Positions 13,110 through 25,632 are shown, numbered from the whole stretch's first letter. The stretch is 63,565 nt of DNA, filler included, from Choristocarpus tenellus KU-1152 (GCA_964200185.2; 13 parts of 13 records of this genome joined end to end with filler, not necessarily neighbours in it); one strand, 5' to 3'. Notes: generated from the sequence alone by a model not told the origin. Made by a program: numbers and translations.

Positions 13110-13162
13110 TGGTGACACCAGTGAGGTTTGAACTCACACGTGCCAAGCACACAACTTAGCAA
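13110..13162 (-). pseudogene. 3' half of a tRNA-Ser(GCT)-like sequence including CCA; reads as an extended LTR primer-binding site on the + strand
   Basis: The reverse complement TTGCTAA-GTT-GTGTGCTTGGCAC-GTGTGAGTTCAAACCTCAC-TGGTGTCA-CCA shows an anticodon loop, long variable arm, T-arm, acceptor strand and CCA. It is preceded on + by ...TTCA-TAT, like an LTR end. Confidence 0.6.
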
Positions 13163-13379
13163 TACATATGTGCTTATTGACTCAGAAGAGTACCTTCATC
13201 TCTGCTGACCCGATATTCATCATCCTCATTGGACCTATTGACTGTTGGAGTAACCCGGGAGTCTTGTCCAAGCATCAGCGCCATCTACAGGCCTGTGGAT
13301 TGGAGCTATACATTCTATGGAGGTAAGCTATGGAGTGTGCTGTAACATGAGTCCACGTGATGTAACTAATGAGATAGTA

Positions 13380-13610
13380 CATCTGGATTATGTATGGGGT
13401 TTGGTATTACAATTAAAATTCCCTGACATAACAGTTGACTTACATCTGAGGCACAAACAATAATATAAAAGCAATAAGAAGACACCCCACAAGGGCACTC
13501 TTCTTCTCAACCATGTAAACATATTTAGCAATGGGGAATCTTATGAGGCTCCACACCTTCTTGTCTTCACTACTGATCAAATAGCAATACCTTCCAAGGT
13601 TAATTGCACA
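13380..13610 (-). mobile_element. Highly degenerate Copia-like RNase H remnant (second copy ~20045-20322)
   Basis: Two homologous copies in the window. The minus-strand translation has vestiges resembling GG.AI.W...T..AE.+Y and TK..HI. Confidence 0.3.
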
Positions 13611-13820
13611 GAGTGAAAGTATCTTAGAGGGTACGGGTTTTGTTCTGTTTGTCCATTGGAGCTAGGCTTATCTTGGTTTTTTTTATGGCATCTTCCTACT
13701 CCAAAATGTGTCGTAGTAGGGAAAGTGTGTACGTTATGAAAAGGTGTGTCCAGAACTTGGATATTGACACTTCCTAACAAACACGATAGCCAAAATTACA
13801 TCAAAATCGCAACATTGGAT
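13611..13820 (+). mobile_element. MITE family B copy, 3'-truncated
   Basis: GAGTGAAAGTATCTTAGAGGGTAC terminus and the family B body. Confidence 0.8.
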
Positions 13821-14585
13821 TGGAGCAGTCATCACCACACTTGTTCCTGAGGGAGCATGCCCATCGATTGGAGACCCCAAGATTCCTGTTTACAGATCGA
13901 GAAAAGCAATTGCTGTATCTGCCACAAAGGGAACAGGATATCACCAGGAGTAGTACCTAAGCCTACTACCTACTCCAGAACATCAAGAATAGCTTCCTTA
14001 TCAGAGGTACCCAGGCGAGGCAGGTTGTCGGAAAAGGGCTGCCTGCACAAGACTTGTAAGTCTGGGGAGTACAATCTATCTATCTACTCTAGGCCATCAA
14101 AAAACATCTTCTATATCAGAGGCACCCTGGCGAGGTAGGTGTTGAACTATTCCACACGGACCCGCGGCTTTTATGGTGCTTTAATGAAGGACAAAGAACA
14201 GCTTGATATAGATGAACAATGTTAGTAATACAAGGGCCTTTCTTGTCTCGATTCCGCTGACTGAGCTCGTGGGTGAGACTCTAGCCTTAACTACCATCAT
14301 TACTCTATAGTGTGGGGTTTGTAATCGTCCACACTAATTTACTATGAATTACTTATATACTTATCTTAACTATAGGAAGTGTATCTTGAACATGATATAA
14401 CCTATCAACACTATGAGTCAGTACATATAATATATCTGTCACTGGCTCTCTATCATACCACATAATCCACCAGTGGTGTCTATAGNNNNNNNNNNNNNNN
14501 NNNNNNNNNNNNNNNNNNNNNNNNNNNNNTTAATTAATTAANNNNNNNNNNNNNNNNNNNNNNNNNNNNNNNNNNNNNNNNNNNN

Positions 14586-16379
14586 CTCTTGAGCTGGTAG
14601 GGTGGTGCATCTTGGATACAAGGCGGGTGGCCGATGAAGAGGTCGTGCGGAGGGTTATTGGGGTCGATAGCAAGGTCTCCGCCTATCCCACTCCATTCTG
14701 TGCTGTGCATGTATTGCTTTACGCTAACCTTCACCCGCCCATCACCGCCTTTTTCAACTCGAAAAGCCCTGTAGCTCGTGATATTGGGGACACGGTTGAC
14801 GCGACCTTCAAGGAGTCCCTTGAAGTTGCCCTTGTTCCGTAGGGTCTTGCAGTATACTGGAACCTCTGTGTAAGAGGCCTGCAGCTGTTCACCCAGCTGT
14901 GTTCTTGTGAATACGTTCTTGCCTTTTATACCACATGAGAACCTGAAGGTGAAATGCAAGCAAGTTAATTTTGAGGCGGGGGCGAAAGAAACGAAGCGGA
15001 GGAGCAATGTATATATGCAGGCACATGCTCCGATGCATGTATATGGAAGTATAAATATAAAAAGGGGTGATGCGTACATTTTTGTTTTGTTTTGTTTCGA
15101 GAGTAGGTTACGAAACAGTTTTGGCAGCTGATAGTACCATGCTTACTTACGCATTGTTTAATTGGAGCTAAAAAGAGGGGTAACAGAATTTGTTTTTGCA
15201 ATTTAGAGCAAATATAATTATCTTCGTAAATCCACCAGGAGCGTCATTCTGTTCGGGCCTCACCGCCGTTAGCAGAAGCGGCAAAGGAGGCGAATCTACC
15301 ATCTTCATCATCATCATCGCGAAGCGCTTTAGACATACGAAGTTCAAACTTTTGCTACCAATATCAGACCGGGCCCGGGGCTGCAGAGTAGGTGCACACA
15401 ACGTTTCAATAACAGTTATTGTGTCTTCCTTCGTAAAAGCGACGAAGAGTGTCATCATCGACATTGTAGTCTCGACATAGCAAACGAAAAAATAGCCCTC
15501 GGTACGAATCTTCACATGTTCTTTTAACCATAACATCAGACCGGTTAAAGTAATAAACATCCACCACTCGAAATACTACTTCGATCCATTTCTTCTACGT
15601 ACTGCTGGGTCACACGGTTTGCATCTAACTCCAACACAGGGTGCGGCCAACATCTCCACAACCAAGGGCAAAACCTACCTCTTTGTTCGCGGCGTAGATT
15701 TCAATTGTGGACTTGTGAGGCATGAGCTGCCCGTATGTATCTCTAACTTTGAATATCAGACATCTAGGCATGGTAACTGTAAAGTGAACCGGGTGAGTAC
15801 GGTCAGATGACATTGTTCTGAGATAGGACTACTGTTCAATCATCAAGCTGGGGGGAGAATATACCGGGTACAAATAACACTGTGTACATACGTCAAACCC
15901 ACCTCTCCACTCCGGTGGATGTTCTTGCGTTAGGTGTGCCATTGCAAGCGTCGATGACATGATTGGATATTCCAAACGATGCCTTGAAAAACTGCATACA
16001 GACGGGAATGCCAGCCGCGAGCATAGATCCACCTCCAGGTCCCAACTTAATCACAGGTACACGGTCGCCAATGAAGTTTCTTGCAATCGCGGCGGTTCTC
16101 ACACGCCCGGATGATGTCCTGCTCTTTGGCCAACGTGCGTGCAAGGAAGGGAACGCTATCTGCCGCGAACTTCTTCACACAGGCTTAGCGCTTGCAGCAG
16201 TCACCCTGTTTGTTGACCGGGATGGGTTCAGCCCATCCTCGGCGAAGCTTGGCACCAGTCACTGAAGCGTCATTGGTAGAAAGCTCCAGCGCATCATTGT
16301 TGACGGACTGGTGAGGGGGCAACACAGGGGGAGAGGCAGGCGATAAAAGCCACCCCCTTGCTGTGGAAGCAACTGTCAT
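14586..16379 (-). pseudogene. Sola3/DUF7869-like transposase, copy 1 (internally deleted)
   Basis: The N-terminal exon from ATG 16379 has CCKR*AC and GIPVCMQFFKASFGISNH (Sola-type VCxxFFxxxxGIS). The C-terminal exon 14942-14586 reads RFSCGIKGKNVFT...NITSYRAFRVEK..GRVKVSVKQY. It is clearly homologous to 45628-46570. Confidence 0.6.
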
Positions 16380-16449
16380 GGTGTTTTCGGGCAACAGGCG
16401 ATCTTGGGCAGTGAGAAGGTCTAGGAGTGATTAGATTCGAAGGCGGGCG

Positions 16450-17735
16450 TATGAACTTTGTTTGAGCTCCGGGCTATCCGCGGGACCACCCTGAGATCCA
16501 TGATCCTGAAAATCCATGTATAACGTTTTTAGGAAGTTGTAAATCCGATTATATCCGTACTTACAAATTGTTTAAAATACAAATCACATACTTCATTGAT
16601 CTTGTACGTTTCCAATGTTCCAAAACCAACTTTGTTTGAGCTCTGGGCTATCCGTGGGATCACCCTGAGATCCATGATCCTGAAAATCTGTGTATAACGT
16701 TTTTAGGAAGTTGTAAATCCGATTATATCCGTACTTACAATTTTTTTTTAATGCAAAGCACATACTTCATTCATCGTGTATGTTTCCAGTGTTCGGTAGC
16801 CAAAACATCAAAAAACAACTAGCACCCTCTGCATTTTTGAAGTACAAAATCTTACCAAATTGGACATTTGGATTCTTGTAAATTGTAGAAGCGACACAAA
16901 GTGGTTCGTTGAGTAAAACTGATCCGGTCGGATCAGTTTTACTCGTGAACGCCCTAAACACGTGCGTTAGTATTTTTAGAAATAGTAAATCCAGTAATAA
17001 CCGTTCTTACAGTTTTTGAAAATACCAAGAACGCACTTCATGGGTCTCACACGTTTCCAATTTTCAGAAACTAAAAGGACACTTCCAACTGGTACCCACA
17101 ATTTATTTAAATACTAAATCCGCTTCTTGGCGTCTTTAGTATTTAAATAAACACTAGAGACCACAAATAAGCGGATCTATGGTATTAAAGATCCGTCCGG
17201 ATCGCGTTTACCGTTTTGAACACCCAAAACACGTGTGTTAGGGTTTTTACGAAATTAGAATGATATTATAATCTTTACATCAACAAATACAGATAAAAAA
17301 CACATCCTTCATTGATCCGGTACGTTTGAAAGGTACGAAACGAAAAGGTCAAAAAAACTGTTACGCTCTGTCTCTTTCCAATATAAAATCGTATGCTGTT
17401 CGATATTCGTATTTTTTATAACGCAATTGTCAAGGGAAAGACAAATCTGAGTTTTGAGGACCGAACGACCAGATGAAATAAAGCAGCACTGAAATAATAA
17501 TAATATTCTAATCTTTACATCAACAAATACAATTACAAACCACATCCTTGATTGATCCAATACGTTTGAAACGTACGAAACAAAAAGGTCACAAAAAACT
17601 GTTACTCTCTGTCTCTTTCCAATATGAAATCGTATGCTGTTCGATATTCGTATTTTTTATAACACAATTGTCAAGGGAAATACAAATCTGATTTTTGAGG
17701 AACCAATGACCAGATGAAAAAAAGCAGCACCTCCC
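16450..17735. repeat. Degenerate tandem array between the divergent transposase and ParB-like genes (a ~174-bp duplication plus ~240-270-bp units)
   Basis: Near-identical pairs at 16455/16629 and 17265/17505. The motif CTTCATTGATC..TACGTTT recurs at ~16591, 16766, 17036, 17307 and 17546. Confidence 0.75.
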
Positions 17736-17828
17736 ATCCCTCAGTCCTCATTTCAATTCGTTCCCTTCAGTACATACCACGCGCACCTGTTATTTACTGA
17801 TCCCCGTCACACCCTCCCAACCTTCGCC

Positions 17829-18267
17829 ATGTCCAGCATTCGCTCAACAACAACCCACCCGCCCGCCGATGGCACTGCCCAAGGATCGAGAACGTGGGAC
17901 AGCGATCTGAAGGGCATTTCCTCGCTCCTAGAACATCACTACCTCGGCACGTACGGGATGAAACTCGGCAAAATCACATGCATGGAGATGGTGCGTCCAC
18001 TGAGCGAGCGTGGCCTTGCGCGCGTCAGCAAGTCTATCCACGAGAAAGGCTGGCTAGAGCAGTTTGCTCCATCTGTGGTAATCCAGCGAGACTCTTTAGG
18101 TAATGGAGACCAGCTCACCGCCGAAACCGCGCTTGCCATTCAAGGACGAACACTGGACGGAAACCATAGAATAACGGTGCTGAAGAGAGAGTTTGATCCC
18201 GAACACGCTTTCATGATGCGGGTCTACATGGAGTTCAACCAAGCAGAAGAGAGACTAGTTGCCAACG
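17829..18267 (+). CDS. ParB/Sulfiredoxin-fold (ParBc-like) protein, exon 1, uninterrupted in this copy
   Basis: 146 open codons with VRPLSERGLARVSKSIHEKGW..FAPSVV...LDGNHRITVLK, matching the ParBc pattern (R....L..L..SI...G...P...DGxHR). GT donor at 18268. Exon 2 is missing here because homology breaks at ~18507. Confidence 0.7.
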
Positions 18268-18949
18268 GTGGGTGATGGAGTGTTGTCGTTATTCCATGAT
18301 CGCCTGATGACTCTTCGGATCTACCAAGTTGTTACTGAGTTTCCTTTGTTTGGTTCATCGTCAGTCAGCCAATTGTTGATCTTTTCGCTGTTGATCTTTT
18401 TTATCCCACGTGGTCTTTCTGTCGATAGCAACATGTTGCTCACTACTGCCTACCGCGTGTGTCCCACGACCGCTTCCCACCTACCCCTTGCCCCGTTCGC
18501 CCACTGCGATGTGTTACAAGTCCAACAACTTTCCCGAAAAAATAGATAAATGCAGATTGGCGTATCTGACAGGGTGTGGGGGGAGGGCAGATCGCAACAA
18601 ACGATATCTCGGGCACGACTGAGATATTCGTACAAAGAGGTCGATCATCATATAATTTCAATACTTATATGCACTCAGTGGTAGCTTCTGTCAGAATAGT
18701 ATCATCATCATCATCCCAACAAAGTGGACCTGCACCTTCGACACAAATGGAAGCTAGAGGCTAAGGAGACATGAAATATGGTACGATCGATAACAAGCAA
18801 GAACTGGAGGTCAAGAAGATACTTTGGGTACCTGGTATGCCATGCCGAACATTGAGCAGTGGGACCCAGGGACAAGATGACGGAGTTAATCGAGGCAATG
18901 CAGCCGGAGCTGCAATCCTGAGCCTGAACCTGAGTCTGAGCCACAAGAA

Positions 18950-19600
18950 TTTACCTATGGACCTAGAGCAGTCTTCACAACACTTGTCCCTGAAGGGGGC
19001 ACGCCCATCGATTGGAGACCCCAAGATTCTTACTTACGGAATGAGAAAAGCAATCGCTGTATCCGCCACTAGGGTAGCAGGACACTAGCAAGAGCAGTAA
19101 CTAAGCCTCCACCAGAAAGGAAAGGATGACCTAGCCGTGGGGAGCCTGGGAGCACTCTAGCCGCTGGGACCATGAACTCATGGAAGAGAACACAGAAGGT
19201 CGGTGGAAGAGGCGGCCAAGGTACAACTGGTCAACGTACGGACCATATTACAACAAGATCCCCTACCAGAGACGAGATCAGGACCAACAGAAGACGTTTA
19301 AACTGTGGACTGATCAAGCATATTGGTCCTTATTCTTTTGAAGGAATATGCTACAACAGTGGAGGTAAAGGAAACCTTCAGATCGTTTGTTGGGCGAGGA
19401 GAGCGACACCGTCTTAACAGGCGGAGGAATTAGCTGGACCAGGGTTGGAGCCAGAAAAGAAAACCAGAGGAAGATTGTCTGCAAAGGGATGCCTGTACAA
19501 GACTTGTAAGTCCGGGAAGTAAATAAGATCTACTCCAGACCATCAAGAACCATCTTCCATATCAGAGGCATCCTGGTGAGGAAGATTGTTAGCAAAGGAC
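18950..19600 (-). mobile_element. Degenerate non-LTR retrotransposon RT remnant (homologous segment at ~13850-14150)
   Basis: The segment is repeated in the window. Minus-strand vestiges include FPDLQVLYRHP and RILGSPIDG (ILGxPIG-like). Confidence 0.3.
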
Positions 19601-22469
19601 TTCACTCAACAAGAGGATGTACAAGACATTCAATTATGATAGGCTTCAAGCCTGGGGGAGTGAGTGCTACGTCCAACAAGAGAAACAGCAAAAGGGGGCT
19701 GGTTCAAATTTTTAACCATAAACTAAGCGAGGGGTCATCATGGGACACGATTGTACGTCACTGTGTTGACTAGATGAATGACGTATGTTTGAGTTCAAGC
19801 AATCAGTGTTCTTCTATTGCGTTGACAAGATAAATGTGATGTGTGTGAGAATTGAACCAATCTGACGTCTTTTAATTCCATTTTTCATGGGGAAGTGTGC
19901 AGAATGGGAGTGTGCACAATAAGATGTTTTAGGTTTGAGAGTTCCAGCAACTCTTTCATTGCCTGCACTCTCATGGGGGAGTGTGCAAAATAGGACAATA
20001 GTGAGGTGTACCTTATTTTGTGTATGAGAGATAGTCATTTTGATTAAGTCCATGTGATGTAACTAATGAGAAAGTACATACAAATTATGAATGGAATATG
20101 TGTAGGTTTTGTTGATTTGAATTCAACTACTTTGATTTAATTGTTGACTTCTGCAGGAAGCACATGTAATAATATAACAAGCAATGAGAAGAGACCCCAC
20201 AAAGGTCACTCTTCTAACTTTAACCATGTAATCACGTTCAGCAAAGGGGGTCGTGTGAGGCTTCACACCTTCTTATCTTAACTACTAACAAATAGCATTG
20301 CCTCCCAAGGTAATTTGCACAAGGAGGTACGACTTCACATATACTCACCAGCTCAAGTAGTGTTGTTTTTTAGTTTCAGGTCGAAGTTGAAGTAATGGTG
20401 GTGTGTTTGTCACAGACTTTCGCATTTTTGTTCCTTCAACACTGTGTCTGGCAACCAAGTTTACATGGTCTGGACCAAATTTTGTAGACTCTGGAATTGG
20501 AACTGTCAGTCAGCGCCTAATTAAAATAATAATTTGTAGAAACGTTTTCCCTGCTGTGAACTATTTGACTTGGTCAAGTCAAATGTCCTTCTCTGAAAAA
20601 AACCCAGCTTTGGTTCAATATTTAGGTTCGCATTTGTGTTAAGTATATTTACCATGGCTTACAACAGCACGCACCTACTGACAAATACAACGCTAATATC
20701 CTGTGGGATAACGCCTTGTCACCCCCAAATCCATTCTTCTTCTGATGCGAAGCGAGATCGATAGCCATAAACACTCTGCAGTATCTCACACAGCATATCG
20801 TCCTCATTGCACCATGTTGGGGAACATCAGAATCCTTGTCATGTATTTATTCCCTTCGTTGTTATGGGGTGCTTTGGTGATCACAGGGTAACACCGTTTG
20901 GGAAGCCATGCTTCACAAACACTATATCTTCTAATCCTCCGTCAAACACAAACACATTCGAAACTTGACCTAACCTTTCGACTGAAGGAGGGTACATTTT
21001 CGCCTTGGTTTTAATGATCGAAGACTGTTCCGCTTGTTTCATGCTAATATTCCTGATAAATGTCCACATTTTGAGCAAGCTTATATGGACGTCCCTTTGC
21101 AGCTCTGGAAAACCTCTCGTTTACGTCAAACTGTCACAGCATTCGATGCCTGCAAGTTATGTACATCCCAAATTAAGCATGCGTCTGTTAACGGGTCATT
21201 TCCATAATGGATTTCACCATTTTCCATAATGGGTTTCACCATAGTGTTATCGGTCAAGGAATTGATCACATTATTCCAAAATCAAAGTAATTAACAACAC
21301 TAAACATCGATGAATCTCTGTTTTCCATACTTCCTCAGCCCACAGACGCGTATATGCAACCAGGCACATAAAATACATTGTTCATGCTACTATTGTAACC
21401 AAATATAACGAAATCCGTAACATGGCCACCCCTCACCCACATGGACAGCCGTCACCCCAACCCACAAACCAAAGATATGTATGTGTTGATGAATAATATG
21501 ATAGTGTGTATTTTCACCCAGTCAGATCCTTGTCGTCCTTCTGCTCTGATATTTTCTTCTATAGCAGGCAACATGATTGCAAGTCTTCCATTAGATATCA
21601 ACTGGTTTGTATCTTTATTGATGTCTTTGTTTATTAATTTACATATTATTTTTTCCTTTCAAGAAGGTTCAATTATATTTGTTTAATATTTCTTCTTTCA
21701 AACAGTCTCTAAGCTCTTGCTGAGACTGACACACCCATATGCTATGCTGTTGAATTCAATATACGCAAGAATATAGTTTTTTTTGGTGCTGCAGCTCAAT
21801 GGCCGTGATTCGATCACGGTTTCTGCGTTCCCATTCAATATTGGGAGCTTCCCATGCTCTTTTTTCCCTTCCTTTTTAGAGAAGATGGTCTGTGCTTTTG
21901 CACCTGCACCTCCTTGATGGAGTTATACAGAATTTCAAACTAAGACTAGCTAGTCCTTGCCTGCCATGCCCTTTTGTGTTGAGGCTTGACCAGATGTATT
22001 CATATCTGATACATCGAAGCTGTGATCTTTCCATGTGCCCAGATATGTCTTATTATCTCACCCCTGATCAAGGTGAAGTGGCACAGATTTGGTTCCCACC
22101 AAATATTAGTTACAAGTGCTAAGTTGTGAGGCGCCCTCACTCGAAAATCTTTTTTCTATGCATCTTTCATACCATGCAGATATATTTATGTGCAGCTGTC
22201 ATGCCTGGCAGTATTCCCTGATTAAGATACTACATTTCTGTCTATCCTATCTTCATGTCAGTTTCTTTCTGCACACATATTTCCTCCATTTCCTATATAC
22301 ACCTATCTGTGTTGTCGTGATAGGCACACGAGGCCACACGAGGGAATGATGTGATACCCACCTTCCGTCCAAAGTACACCTTTTTAATGCCCTTCCCTTA
22401 GGAGATACACCTCAAGGTCTATTTCCTCATATGATATCCGTATTTGCGTCCTTACGATGCCAACATCGA

Positions 22470-22690
22470 TTTGTTTGAGTGGAGCTTACTAACCCCCCTC
22501 GTTCACTTTCCTTGTTCGCTCCTTCTTTCCCTGAGTGACCTTCTGGGGGTTGATCACCCTCCTACCTTGTATCTCTTCGTTCTGTTCCTCCTGTGGGTGT
22601 TCCCGCTCTCCTTCAATCAGAAGAGCCAGTCGGCTGTTTTCGAACTGTTTCACACCACCAGATTTTCTAACGTCAACACTACCTCAAAAG
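22470..22690. repeat. Dispersed repeat, inverse homolog of ~3200-3420
   Basis: The minus-strand translation at 3216-3422 (LFLAFLWVFLFPF..RSARFHLFH) parallels 22444-22869 (LFVLFLLWVFPLSF..QSAVFELFH). Confidence 0.55.
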
Positions 22691-24589
22691 GCGGAAACCT
22701 TTTGGGGTGCAAAGACACACTCACAGATCAATTCCTTGATTACACTGGGACTCATTCTGTAGGTGGTAGGAACACAGTGAGTGTTGGTCGGAAGGGGAGG
22801 AGTGAAGCCACGCCTGTGGCAATTTTTGGTAGTAGTAGCATGAAGATTTTCCCTGAAAGAATAATCTGACCTTGACCCCATTTGAGTCCACTCATACCTT
22901 TGACACGACAACTTGGTACACTACCTCTGACTGATCTACAAAGATGATCGTAAGTTGGCCCGTGCAATATATGATTGTAGTACTCTGGGTTCAGTTCTTC
23001 TTGCTGTTTGTGTAGGCTTGTGGCAATGTAGGTGGGTATAATTGGTCGGATAATCCTGGCTTACTCCACAAGTGGAGTCAACAACCTATTGAAACTCCTT
23101 CAGGGGCCAACGCACGGTTGATCACAATTCTGGGCGAGGCTACTGCTCATGATGCAATGGGCCTAGAATCATAGGCACCGATTAAGCTTTTTGCTTTATA
23201 ATCCAAAAAATATTTTACCTACATATTCTTCCAAAAAAACGACACCATCACCGCTGGAGTAGATACCAGACTACCACCCTATAATTGACCTCTACTACTA
23301 CACACAGATGCTTGGGGAACTAATAAGACGAAGAATCCTCGATCTCTAGGTCGGTATAGTAGGTCGACAGAACGCGTGGATAAAAAAAATTGCTTCGTGA
23401 TCTGTCTTTGAAGAAATGGGGAGGAGAAATGTCCTGGGGGGACGCGATTTAATATACCTACATTTCATTTTCGTTTTTTATTGTGGTGGTATATAGTTCT
23501 ATTAGAGGTCTACGATGTAGATATTAGTGGCATATGTATTATTATGTTCTAAGCACATCGTCCTTGAAAAGCGGACCATCATCACCTCGGATTTTGTGCT
23601 CTTTCCTTGAGAGCAAGCAACCACCATCTTACGGACTTCTGACATCATTAGACAAGAATTAGTACTAGCCCCCAAGCTTCCTAAAGTCACAGAAGAGAGC
23701 TAGTACCATATTTGACACACATATTGTTAAGCCTGCTAACCTGAACAAGTTGAATATCTCTTATACTACATTGGAAACTAACACATGGTCAGCACAGAAA
23801 AAGACTTGGAAGGGTGCGATAGATGATTCGTCTTGACATACATGTATGTATGTTGAGTGCACTGCAATAGTCGTATGTTAGTTAACCATATCATTTCCAA
23901 GATAGCATAACAATAATCCATATGGAAGGATACCTTTCTTCTCCAGGGTTCAAGCTTCTTGCCATTACAGGTCAGTTCAAAATTTTGTCTCCGACCACAT
24001 TGCGACAGTGAGTTGAGTGGGGTGCGTAGTAGACGTTGGTAGTTGCGATTGCTTTCTACTATTCATTGAAGCTATGATGGGTCTCTTGGAAGACAAGTTT
24101 GATGATGAACATGCTTGGTGTCATCATCTCTGTAGTAGTTTGGTCAGGAGGGACGATGGGATCTAGTTGTATTCGGCATCTTTTGGCATAATACCTTGAG
24201 CCGCATGATCGATCACAACGTCTGCTAACCTACAATTATCTTCCACATGCCTGATTGTAGTCACTGTGATTAGTTATTGCGAGCGCTTCCATACGCCATG
24301 ATGCCTGGTACCAGGTGCATAGTGAGAAATCTTGCTATTAGCCACACTTCATCCCACTGCTTACATACTGCTCGCTATATAATACTATTGATAATAATAC
24401 AGTCCCAAACACCCAAGGCTCAGGGTGGACATGAGGTGCTGGATGCTTGTGGAGGTTGTTCCTCATCATTGCTCTTGACCACAACTTGGCACATTGGTAG
24501 TATGTTCCCAACAAACTACGAAGGAGTTAGGTGCCATTGATAACCTGTTCCAGGGTATTTTGAGAAATGGCAAAACACAGTTCTGGCAG

Positions 24590-25088
24590 TGTGTCCCACA
24601 GATGATAGGATTTGAAGAGAGTGGAGGGTGCAACCCGAGCTCCTGCTCAGATTGGGTGGATGGTGTGATTTCCGTCCTGCTTACAAGAAACGTGATGGGT
24701 ATTTGGAATAGAATTACGAGGAGTGAGGAGTTAAGGATTGTTAGGACCAAGCAAATACGGACTATGCCCTCAAGGAGGAAAGGGATGAGGATTTGATTGC
24801 GGTCAGGACTTTGTGATGGAGGTGGAAAGAGTAAGGGTGTGTCCCACAGATGATAGGATTTGAAGAGAGTGGAGGGTGCAGCCCGAGTTCCTGCTCAGAT
24901 TGGGTGGATGGTGTGATTTCCGTCCTGCTCACAAGAAAAGCGAAGGGTATTTGGAGTAGAATTACGAGGAGTGAGGAGGTAAGGATTGTTAGGACCAAGC
25001 AAATACGGACTATGCCCTCAAGGAGGAAAGATATGAGGATTTGATTGCGGTCAGGTCTTTGTGATGGAGGTGGAAAGAGAAAGGGTGC
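24590..25088. repeat. Recent tandem duplication, 2 x ~249 bp
   Basis: GTGTCCCACAGATGATAGG...GGAAAGA is repeated with few substitutions. Confidence 0.9.
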
Positions 25089-25582
25089 CATGCGGAGGTG
25101 CTCCGTGTGTGGTAGAAGGGTCAGTTTTTACTGTGCAACTCCCTCTTCTGGGGGTGAGCTGCTGTGGTGTATGGATTGAACACTGGAGGGCAGTCCATAG
25201 CCACGGACTGCACATGTTACCATGGGCAGGGAGTCTTCCGGGATATGTTTGAGTGCCTGTTCAAGGAGCATAGGCTGGGGAGGCCTGCGCATGGATGTTG
25301 ATGTAGTTCTTCTATGGGGGTATGGTGTTTTTCGGATTATTTTAATGTCTGACCAGATATGTTTTGGGGCGGTAAATGGCAGTGTCTATGTAACTATATA
25401 CTTTCCGTGTGTTTTTGTGCGATATATATTTTCAAGGTACCAAAGGATTGCCCATCCCAGCAGTTCATATCACAGGGACATTGAACTGGATTTCTAGACT
25501 GTTTCGAGGGTGAGACTCGCATTTTCACCACAACGGTGTTGTAGACTGTAGACCAAACAGTGAAAGATGGTGCATAGCAAAC

Positions 25583-25583
<1 letters not shown>

Positions 25584-25629
<46 letters not shown>
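25584..25629. repeat. (GT)n microsatellite
   Basis: Direct. Confidence 0.95.

Positions 25630-25632
<3 letters not shown>

Noticed and set aside
17829-18267. ParB ORF as bacterial or plasmid contamination
   Set aside because: It has a GT-AG intron, is repeated with decay, and is embedded among host TEs.
20400-24500. Possible LINE ORF2 remnants on the minus strand
   Set aside because: Only isolated vague motifs, with no supportable boundaries.
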